Of a stretch of 64,000 bases of DNA, positions 48,469 through 59,533 are shown one piece after another (the stretch's first letter is position 1; the number at the start of each line of letters is the position of its first letter). Source of the DNA: Antedon mediterranea. Lineage: Eukaryota; Animalia; Echinodermata. The stretch covers positions 19,725,045 to 19,789,044 of the forward strand of contig NC_092680.1 of the NCBI RefSeq assembly GCF_964355755.1, in the 5' to 3' direction. The notes below the pieces were generated by a model. The model was not told the DNA's origin. It worked only from the letters and a program-made list of their open reading frames with translations, and made no database searches. Both the position numbers and the translations under genes were made by a program.

Positions 48469-50049
48469 TTATCAACTTTTTGTTCGTCTCGCGTTCAAAG
48501 GAATTGTTTGCTATTTGTGCACGGTGTATAAAACAATGTCCGTTGTTGTCCAATAATAACAGAAAAACTTCAAATATATAACAAAAACCACCAATAAATC
48601 AAATGTTCACGATAAAGGATAACTAGAACTATATGTGTGCCGCTGTTCAAAAAGCGTTTTCCGAATAAATTATTATTATTTACCTCGCGACAGTGATAAT
48701 TGATCATATTTTCATATAGCATATCGCGAGTTGCAAAAATACTGAAATTAGTTTTTAGCATGGTTTTTAGGTTACTCGCTTTTTAACAACGCATGTTTTA
48801 TACAAATTTTTTGGTAAAGTTAATGTTGATAGGAGAGTTTCTGTGCGCGAGGTGGGGGTCATGCGAGAGGGGTTAATTTACGGCTTGCTTGTGAGGGGAG
48901 GGAGAAGAAGATAGATACCATGCCATGATTGGAGAATTGTATACGCCAGCAGCGTCGTGGATGTTTTATGAATGATAAACAACTTATGAAAAAACAGACT
49001 TTTCGCGAACAATAGATAGTTTCGTTCTTTGTGTCGTGTGTAGACACCTGCTTGGTAGCAGCCAATCGTTTCTCAGAACGCACCCGAGCGTGACGATCTA
49101 AAAAAAAGAAAGGAAGGGCTGTAAAAATATATATGTACATAATCTTTCCCGCCAAATTTGCATAAAAATACTTGACACTTTTCAATATTTTGATGACATA
49201 CAGGGCAACCCAATTTAAGTATTTTAATTGATTTTTTACGTTAATAAAATCACCCGTTGCTGTATCTGGTTGCTCTGATATGAATCTATCTGTCAATTTA
49301 ATGCAATAGGGCAGCACATTGAAATAAAACACCTGGCAGGTCAAGGAAGGAGAGGGAGAAGAAATGTTGGCATGGGGTGGTTGGAGAAGGGTGGTTATTT
49401 AATGATGTCTCCCCCCCCCCCCCCCCCCCCCCGTGGTTATTCTGTATTGTTCGTTGGCAGGTCACCGTCGCCGTTTTTGTAATACAGTAATACATTAATT
49501 AATATAATCAATGATTACCGACGCCGTGACAAAAACACTTTGACCTAAAATTGAACCTATAGGTCTGCCTCTATGTATAGAATATATATAATTCGACCTT
49601 GGCTAAACATTAACCATGTCGTCACTACTGTAAACTGGTTCAATGTTGATTCCAAAAACGCTCTGAAATTTAAACAAAAATGAAATTGGTTAGAGAAATA
49701 ATGAAGTACTTGATGGAAAAAAACGATGTTTTTATTTCGAATGTATGTAAAGACAGATAAAAGGTATAGAATCCATTTTTATTATAGTTATATTATAATG
49801 GTAGGGCATAAAGAAACATTTCATATTTATTACGTCACACAAGCTTTGTATCGTGGACTCGACGATAAAAAATTATACTGTTATATACATAATAACACTA
49901 CTGGTTCAGGACAAAGAACCAACAAAATAACTAAAATACTACACTGGCAGAAAATGATGCAAATTTTAAGCATCTACACAGCGTGTCTTTTCATTTGGCG
50001 CTTTACACGGCAGGTGGTGCATATGTTTAGTAAAACCACACCTTTTATA

Positions 50050-50180
50050 TTATCAAGAGCCAATGAAAGCTTGTTCAGCAACCACGTGTTGTTTTGAGCG
50101 ATTGGTTTTTGTTGCATCTAGTAAAGATGACGTCACCCCGCGCCTATTTTATTGAACTACGAAATACCATTCAAAGTGTA
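50050..50180 (+). promoter_or_regulatory. Likely MEX3 proximal promoter
   Basis: GCCAAT (~50059), E-box CACGTG (50082), inverted CCAAT (ATTGG 50101), full CRE TGACGTCA (50128-50135) and TATA-like CTATTTTAT (50144), all 150-250 bp upstream of the ATG. Confidence 0.6.
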
Positions 50181-50302
50181 GTGCAGTTGTAGTTAGCGAC
50201 AAGGCGTAGTGCTTGGTCGTGATTGTACTCCGAGAACACAAGAAAACAAGGCAGAATAGATATATTTTTATACTCGAATAATTTTTACAAACCTTTCCTG
50301 AG

Positions 50303-52080
50303 ATGCCTAGCACTATAATAACTGAAATGGATCGGAATTCTACCAACAGCTTAGACGAGCATCAGCGAAACCTAGGAATGCAAAGTCTAGCTTTAGATTT
50401 TTCTATGTTGAACATGGCACAGCAAAATGGAAATCTAAGTGGAGGAGAAGACGACGTTTCTTTCGATGGAATAAATAGGAAAAGTTGTAATATGACTGAA
50501 TGTGTTCCAGTCCCTAGTTCAGAACATGTTGCTGAAATCGTTGGAAGGCAAGGTAAATAAAATCAGAAATTATTTTTTGTTTTATTGCAGGTCGATGTCG
50601 GAACACCACAAAACCGCGTGGTGTGTAGGCTAGCATGCAGTAGATGAAATGTTGGTTTTGTGTGTGCGCCATGATGATGATGCTTTGTTCTGGAATGTCG
50701 TATGGCTAAACGCGCTGACTGTACTCGTTATCCGAACACACCCTTTGAATTTTAACACTTTCTATCTTTTTAGGATGCAAAATAAAAGCTCTGCGTGCAA
50801 AAACAAATACATATATCAAAACGCCAGTACGTGGTGAAGAACCAGTGTTTGTTGTGACTGGCAGGAAGGAAGACGTTGCGGCTGCAAAAAGGGAAATTCT
50901 ATCAGCTGCAGAGCATTTCAGCCAAATACGTGCAAGTAGGAGAAATCAACAGGGTACAGCACCAACAAATGGTCATTCAACGACAGGTCTTAGTCAGGGT
51001 CAACCTCCACCAAACATCCCAGGTCAAATTACAATTCAAGTGAGAGTTCCATACCGTGTAGTTGGATTAGTCGTAGGCCCAAAAGGTGCTACTATCAAAC
51101 GCATACAACAACAAACGCATACCTACATTGTAACGCCTAGCCGTGATAATGAGCCAGTTTTTGAAGTAACCGGAATGCCAGAAAATACCGAAAGAGCAAG
51201 AGAGGAAATCGAAGCACACATTGCTATGCGCACCGGAGGGCTCGTTGATTCAATTATTCCAGAGGACAATGATTTTGCTACTAATGGAAAAGACAGTGGT
51301 ATTTTATTGTCCGAGCTTGGTTCTGTAGGACTATTTAAAGGCACTGGAAATTCGGCTTTTACTCCATTAATTGGCAATGCAAAGGCTGGACTTTCTAGAA
51401 ACAGCAGTTCCAGTAGTGATTCCGGTATGTTTTTTCCAACATCGACCAGCTCAACAACGACCCTTACAGATTTCCCAGCTACAAAAACCATAGAATTTTC
51501 CAGCACAAAAGAATTCAATAACAGTTATCCTTTTGGATTATTTGATTGTCAATCTCCTGATCTTGGAATAGATTCTCCAGGATTTGATCCGCTCGTTGGA
51601 AACCCTTGGCATGATTTAAATCGTTGTAGTAATGCATTGTTCGGTGGATTGATAAGCAACTCGAACCCAAACGGTATGCGTCGAAAAAGCAGCGGAAGTT
51701 TGGGAATCACAAATCTGCAGGTGAATGAAGGCAACGACCATCCCCCTGCCAGGCGTATCCACAGTGATCCGCTCGACGGGGGTTTAACGTCTCTTCCAGC
51801 CTTCAATGCGATTCCCATGCCACCGTCGTTCTCCACCTCCAATTCAACCGGTTCCAACAGTGCTTCGACGAGTCCAACCAACTCCACTGGATCTAGTAAC
51901 AGCCAGCGAAAGCCCAAGGAATGTTACGTATGCTCGGAAAATGAGGTTGTTGCTGCGCTTGTTCCGTGCGGCCATAATTTATTCTGTATGGACTGCGCTA
52001 AACAAGTCCTAGATAAATTACCCGCGGAATGCCCGGTTTGTTTCCAGCAAGTTAACCAAGCCATTCGCATAATTTCCTAA
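50303..52080 (+). CDS. MEX3: RNA-binding E3 ubiquitin ligase MEX3 (two KH domains + C-terminal RING), 518 aa; exons 50303-50552 and 50774-52080
   Basis: [21 protein letters not shown]|[34 protein letters not shown] (KH1), [36 protein letters not shown] (KH2), CYVC...[14 protein letters not shown]...CPVC (RING). GT-AG phase-1 intron at 50553-50773. Confidence 0.97.
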
Positions 52081-54391
52081 CTAGTTATATAGTAGTATTA
52101 CAGTTTGTATTTTAGCTGCATTTATAGTACTTTGATCAAATAAAAATAATTAAAACGAGATTTATAATTATTCTTGATCAGGTTCATAGATATGATATTG
52201 AAATAATAATAATTATAATAATAGATTAAGAATTTCTCGCCGTGTTTAAAGCAAAAGATGTTGTCATTGTATTTGAGAACTTTTGAAAGATATTTTATTC
52301 TTGGAGACTATTTCATACTAAGACATTTTACAAAGTAAAATGATTTAATTTTTCTTCATTATGCTCTTGGTCTATTGTACATGTATGTTGCCGTTATTAT
52401 TGTATAGGCCTCAAATTTGTATGTGTAATTAGTGTATTTTTTGTATTGTGAAAAAGTGTGTACATTTACGATGCTTTGTGTTGGGACTAACAGTTAAAGA
52501 TTTACTTTTCAGAGATATATTTTACCCAGCAAATATTTTATAGTCCAAATATAAAACTTATTTTATTGTATTGTATTAAAACAACTTTAAAAAATAGAAA
52601 AAAAAATATGGCCTATAGCGGTCACAAAGTAGAGAATGGTATGCATAATTCACTATAAAGTTTGGACAAGCAGAGCTTGTACGTATCTATGAATTATTTT
52701 TATCAATATTATTTACAAAACAGTTCTGTATATGTAGGTATAAAAAAAAATTTTTGACCAAATATTCCATGTTTTAAATATAAACTTAGGTATTGAGAAA
52801 GTAAATGCAAATATTTTATTTTTGTTTGGTCATGTTATAAAATGACCTATGTTATGCCTGATATAGTATTTGCCTAAACATTTTTAAGAATTTTAAATTG
52901 TTCAGAGTTTATTTTTTAAGTGATAAAAAGTTGAAGTATGGTAATTAAGGTGTTGCGATTAACGATTGTGTGCTGTTTTCTATACTGTCCCCTAAACACG
53001 GATAAACTAAGCAAATTTACAAGAGAAATGAGGGTCCCATGAATGCAATTTTTCTCTCAAGAAAAAGATGTTATTTTTATAGTTGTGATAACAAATATGA
53101 GTGTTTAACTTCGTTGTCATTTTTCATGTTTAGTACTAAAACATTTTTATGTGCAACCAGTGTAAAAAATTATATGTAATTTTTCTAATTAACATAGTGT
53201 TTGGCTCATACGTTCCTGTCCATTTATCCATACAATTTTTCTATAGTTAAATTAAATCATATATATTATATATATAGCATATGACTTTTGAAAAGATGCT
53301 CATTATGTCCAGTAGACGATAGCAAATACAGTAATACATATATCTATGTTTAATAAATCTTGGGTTAATGTGACGTTATAAGTTTGAAATATTATGCTCT
53401 AATCAGTCTTCCATTTATGGATATGCTTGGCTGGCTCAGTATTGCATGTCTAGCCCTTAACTGGCAAACTGCAATTATCACACTACATAATGTATACAAT
53501 AAAAATGCTCTATTGCACCCGGTTTCTTTCACAACAACATATAAACCTCAGATTTATTATTCGTATAGTATATTATATTTAAATACATGTTTTATTTTTG
53601 GAAGAAAAAGTTAATTTACAAAAAAATACACCTTGTGTTAAACTATTTTATTAAAAAAAAATATTGGATGGGAACATTTTTTATAATTTTTTTACTATTT
53701 AATTTTAGATATTTGTATTTAATAGCTTAATTTTAAAAATTGTTACTTAAGGAAATTTATTTATGGGACAGAACTCTGCGGTTTCTCTGAAACTAGATAA
53801 CGTACTAAAACTCAAAGTAATAGTATTGTGCATATTTTTTTATGATAATTTTTGTAGTTGAATAAAGAGTGCCAAGGGTAAAAGATTAACTGCTGTCTGT
53901 ATAGGACTACGTACTGTACGCTTGTACAATGTAAAGAATAATATTTACTTCAATGATGTGTATAGGTGATTAGTAATTTATAAGGTACCTTTATCATCAT
54001 GGGGCAAACAAACCTTTGGACTAATCATTTCCGCAGGATAATTATCAATTAGCAGTATGGTATTTATTACTGTAGTCTATACAACAGCATTTTTTCTATT
54101 GCCTAGTATAGTTTATCTTTTTAAATGTAATATGAAAAACTGGTGGTATATTGGACATTGGTCTTAATTGCCCAGACAATTTAGTTTAAATAATTCTATA
54201 TATATCTACCTATTCATATTTAAATACAGAGTTTTTATGAAATATACCTATATAAAACTAGTTTGTATTATATAAATTTCTGGTGTTTTAAAATGCGTTA
54301 AATTTTTGTTACGAGGTAATATTGGTGATTATCCGCACTAGAGCAACCACGAAAGAACAAAATGCCAAACGCTAGTTTATAGTCTTTCTTC

Positions 54392-54468
54392 GGCTGCACA
54401 AGTGAACGCAGCCATGTCGTAGCCTTTGGCTGCACAAGTGAACGCAGCCATGTCGTAGCCTTTGGCTA
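54392..54468. repeat. 36-bp direct duplication of a hairpin-forming unit
   Basis: GGCTGCACAAGTGAACGCAGCCATGTCGTAGCCTTT x2; contains the stem GGCTGC/GCAGCC. Confidence 0.85.
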
Positions 54469-57400
54469 TATATTCCTAGCCTAACTTAAGCCATTCCTAG
54501 TCCGATTTAGATTTCAAAATAACTATATATTAACTCATTTACCGAGGGTGGTGAGCGTATGAAATACTATTTTAAAATACATATTTTACTTGTACTGTAG
54601 TAGCTTTGGTCGGGTGCTTTGTTTCCTCTAGGCTAGGACTACAAAAAAGTCTTGCCACAATAATTCTGAACACAAAAAATAATAAGAAAAGTATAATGAT
54701 TTGTGAAGCAATTAAGAAATTTCATCTGATTTTTACAGTATTATTTTTATTATTTATTTAGCATTTTATACATACAGATACAAATGTTTATTATTCAAAT
54801 TCATTGTTATTGATATATGTTGATATAAAATAAAATGTGAAACTCAAATATTTTGTTATTTTGTTCAATCATTTTAGTGTTTTGAAGTGTACAGTATTTC
54901 AATTCAGCGGAATAATTGCAATTATGAAACTGAAAACAAAACCAATGTACAATACTTTATATTTGTAGTGAATTTAATTACATAAAGAAAGGTATTTTTT
55001 GTTGGTTTTAGCGAGTACGATCACTGCCGAAGAAGACTATTGTAGTTTTCGCTTTACCGTTGGATTCAGCCTGAAGAAATTGGACAGAAGGTGTTGCTAA
55101 ATACTGCAGAAGTTGATTATTATACGTATAAAGATGACCACCATTTTAATCGAGTAAAAGTACTGGTAACTTTAATGCAGCCCTGCTTTAATGCCTGGTT
55201 TTCAATGGCAATTGTCATTGATAGAAAAACTGTCCTATAAAAGAATAAAAATTGTTTAAATACTGTATTAATAAATGTTCAGTATTTTTTCTCGTCCTTG
55301 TCCAATGATGCTATTCTATATACAGTATTTCAAATACTGTACATTACTCCCTGAATAACATGCATATTAATATTGTTATCTACTATCTATAAAAAATATA
55401 GCGCAACTAATCTGGCCACATGAATGGTTGATTCGCGCAAATATATTCTCTAATGGAAAACAGCCTGGATTCTTCCCGATTTTTATTACAATTCGTGGCC
55501 GTTAGTTCCTGTGGGGTTATGCTATAGTAGGTAAAATTATTCATTATTTTGGTGGGGCTGTCGGCCTGAATTTGGCATATCAATGAAATATCCGGCAATC
55601 AGTTTTCCAAAAATAACCATTCCTTGAAGAGTTTAATTGTCCGATACTGGAGTAAAATTCTATACAATTCTATATTGTATTGTGTACATTCTATGCATAG
55701 TGTACATAGCTGTTTATTTACTCTATATATTTAATATACCTCTAGTACTTGATAAGATCCCTATCAGAAAGCCAGCCAGCCAACCGTCTTTCCTTTACAT
55801 TGAATCTGTGGTAATAAAACTTTACAACAAAGGTCGAATTATAATATCATACACAAATGGAAAAAAGCACTGATTTTCACATTATGGTTTTAATTTTAAT
55901 GGAAAATATTGTTTGCATTAAAGGGATAATGTTTCGTTATTGGATATTGAAATTAAACAATATTAATGTTGTCTTTAAAATATTAATATTTAATAGTGAA
56001 ACCACATGTTTCAAAATATGCATCTTTTGTATCCAATATAATCCTAAATTATACTGAACATATTCAATAATTTTATAAAAATTTGTCTGCCTAGAAATTC
56101 CATACAGGTGTTTCTTAAATTTGATAAATCATTGATTTGATTGAAGGTATGGCTATGTTTGTGCATTTTGTTGAGGTCAAAAGAAGTCAAATAGGCTAGT
56201 GAAATAGTAATGTAATTTACATTTTTACCGTCTTAAATAATTACAGAGCATTGTGTATGCCAATATAAGAAGGAAAAAGAAGGGTGGGGGTGGGGGCGGA
56301 ATTTATCAAAGTGATATCCCTCCCCCCCCCCCCCCATCATCCCAAACCTAGACGTATGTAGAGTAGAAAGTTCTGTACATCGTTTATTTTTAGGATACAT
56401 GTCTACGGTATTTCAGAAGAAGGTAATGATGATAGATTCATTAGGCAATGTTATTACGTTTTTTTTAAACAATCTGACTGATTTAACAAAATAGTTAATT
56501 AATTTTACTTCACTACGTAAGTGTATTATTCATTCTCCCAGGCACGTTTCACTCAGACGCAACATTGAGTTTATTAATTAAACCGCAGATTTATATGATC
56601 TGTTATTAACCACTGGATTTATTCCTCTTATGCATTGTGAATAAAGAGTATAGGTAATTTGCATAATAACCTCATGCATACAAAATACATATTATTTTTT
56701 TATATCTTCCCCGTTCCAAAAACAATCTAACCAGTCATAATGAATCATGAATTGTAATAGCCAGTGAAAATGGTTGATTTAATTACACGTAAGATTTTTG
56801 TCGATAGATTGCCTAGCGGCATCGGAGATGGTGAGGCTGTGCCGGAGAATCCCATATATTGAAGCCAACAGATCAATAACACTTCGCATGGATTCGACCA
56901 GAACAATGGCATGATGTTCCACATTTACATATTTTTCATTTGTGCGTGCAAGTTGCTTATAACTTGCCTGCGGACGTGATGAAGGGATCAGAAATTGTTA
57001 TGGCTCCCATAGGTTGTTTTCTCATCCATAAATGACATAATATTCAGTAATATAAAACAGAAATGCGAGAATTTGTAAAGAAGACAATATCAAATTATTA
57101 TTTTACATATTACTATAGCATCTGCCTAGAGTAGAATAGTACAGTATAAACATCAGATTTTTAAAACCTAATATTGGTATTTTGACTTTGATGTCAATAA
57201 AAGATTACAAAGGACTTTTATGTTCAGTTCTCAACCATCTGCTCAAATTTCAAGGCCAATAAATTCACTTTTTTGGTTTGTGTTTTGAAGGTTCATTTTA
57301 TTTTTATTTCCACATAAAATGGGGGAAATTTTGTTAAGACACAAGTTCATAGTTTTGATTGCAATAACTATTAGTAATAATAATAATATTAGTGAAATTA

Positions 57401-58199
57401 TTGGAAATATCACATTTTGTTATAATATGCCATAGTTTAGGTTTGTATTAGATCATACGACTTTCTCAATGTAAAACATAAAAAACATTAACTCCCCCCT
57501 AAAATTAAAACAGCAAAACAACAAAAACCTCAACCAAAACAGAAAAAAAAGCCCCTGTGAATAACCCTATATTTCAATGTAATTATGGTAGTATGTATTG
57601 CAATACCCAACAACAATTGAAATGTAATTATACTACAGCTGTGTCTTAATACATGGTGTTTAGACCTATTATTAGTAAGGTTTTGCTAATTCGTCTATGG
57701 TTTTACAGTGTAGGCCTATTATCATTGACAATGAATCTTCTTTTGTTGGCTTTCTTCCAACTTTAGTACTGTACCTGGTAAATGAATAGCAGAGAACATG
57801 CAAACAAAGAAAAATCAACAAACAATAGGTGATGATGTCACAAAAACAAGTGTAGGATGATAGTGGAAACACACTGGAATTATACTGTATGAATACAGTG
57901 GTTTAGTGATGTAATTGTTTTTGTTAATGACTCATCGTTCTGTGTGTATACTGGTGGAATCATAAGTAGTTCACTTATGATGTAATGATTTGTCACTAGT
58001 TAAGTCAATACTAATGAAATGTACAGTATTTAATTGTGAATAATTAATTCATCAGGGTCTAGTATGAGACTTGGGCCTGGTTAATAGAAACACAATTTAG
58101 TTAATCATTAACTAAAAGAAAAAATGAATTTTCTTGCTTTAAAAACAACCAAATTATTTTTTTTTGTATTGTATAGTGTAATGTGTTTCACAACCTTAA

Positions 58200-59533
58200 T
58201 AGCCTGGGTGCAGAACAATTATTATACACATTTGCGGGAAAAAAGTATAGGAAAATTTTTTTTTTGTTTTTCTAATAGAGTATACCATATAGAATGTCAG
58301 AAAAAAAATCCCCATTCCAGGGTCTTGGGGAAAATTTTTTATGGCACTTTTAAATTTTGGCCTATATAACACACACAAATTCCTATTAACATACACAAAT
58401 ACCTATATATAGGGGATAGGGAAAATCAATTAACAGTTTTTGTTACTTGCAGTTGTGTTTTAATGATTAAAATTAGTAGAGGCTTACTTTAATAACTACT
58501 TCTCATAGTAGTTGATGAATCAAGTCGATACGATGACATCATCATGCCAGAATCCAATATGGCGTCCGATTTGGCGGGAAAAACAGGGTATTGCTAAACC
58601 CCCGCAAACCCCTGGAAACCTCCAAAAAAACATAGAAAACCCCACCGAACCGACATAAAAGTGATTGAATCATGGAGTGTACACCACACTGGGTATGTCC
58701 ATGTAAAAAAAAATTAAAATTTCTACTGTTAACTACTTATTTTTGGGATAAAACGTCATTTTTTGGTTAAAAATTAGCAATCATTTTTTACCAGAAAATG
58801 ATGTTTTACCCCAAAAATAAGTAGTTAACAGTAGAAATTTTATTTTTTTAAAACATGGATATACCCAGTGGGTCGTACACTACATGATTCAATCACTTTT
58901 ATTATGTTGGTTCGGTGGGGTTTGCTATGTTTTTTTGGAGGTTTGCAGGGTTTAGCAATCATTTTTGACCAAAAAAGGATGTTTTGCCCCAAAAATAAGT
59001 AGTTAACAGTAGAAATTTAATTTTTTTTTTTTCATGGATATACCCAGTGGGTCGTACACTACATGATTCAATCACTTTTATGTTGGTTCGGTGGGGGTTT
59101 GCTATGTTATTTTGGAGGTTTCCAGGGGTTTGCGGGGGTTCAGCAATACCCTGTTTTTTCCGCCAAATTGGACGCCATATTGGATTCTGGCATGATGATG
59201 TCATTGTTATGGACTCGATTTATCAACTACTATGAGAAGTAGTTATTAAAGTAAGCCTCAGCTAATTTTAATAATCGTAACACAACTCCAAGTTAAAAAA
59301 AACGTGAATTGGTTTTCCCTATCCCCTATATATAGGTATTTGTGTGTGTTACCGTAATAGGCATTTGTGTGTGTTATATAGGCCAAAATTTAAAAGTGCC
59401 GTAAAAAATTTTCCCCAAGACCCTGGGATGGGGATTTTTTTTCTGACATTCTATATGGTATACTCTATCAGAAAAAAAAGAAAAAAATTTTCCTATACTT
59501 TTTTCCCGCAAAATTTGTACTGCACCCAGGCTA
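58200..59533. mobile_element. Non-autonomous foldback DNA transposon (TAG...CTA termini, 3-bp TAA TSD, ~580-bp inverted arms)
   Basis: taa|TAGCCTGGGTGCAG ... CTGCACCCAGGCTA|taa. The left arm 58200-58775 is the reverse complement of 58960-59533, with an extra ~180-bp direct duplication at 58775-58952. Confidence 0.88.

Noticed and set aside
48859-49344. 161-aa minus-strand ORF near the MEX3 promoter
   Set aside because: Non-ATG start, no domain or splice support, low-complexity composition.
51123-52012. Antisense and alternative-frame ORFs within MEX3
   Set aside because: Shadow ORFs of a real, more GC-rich coding exon; no recognisable domains.
54392-54450. Iron-responsive element or SECIS in the MEX3 3' region
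   Set aside because: Loop is not CAGUGN with a bulged C, and SECIS quartet geometry is absent.
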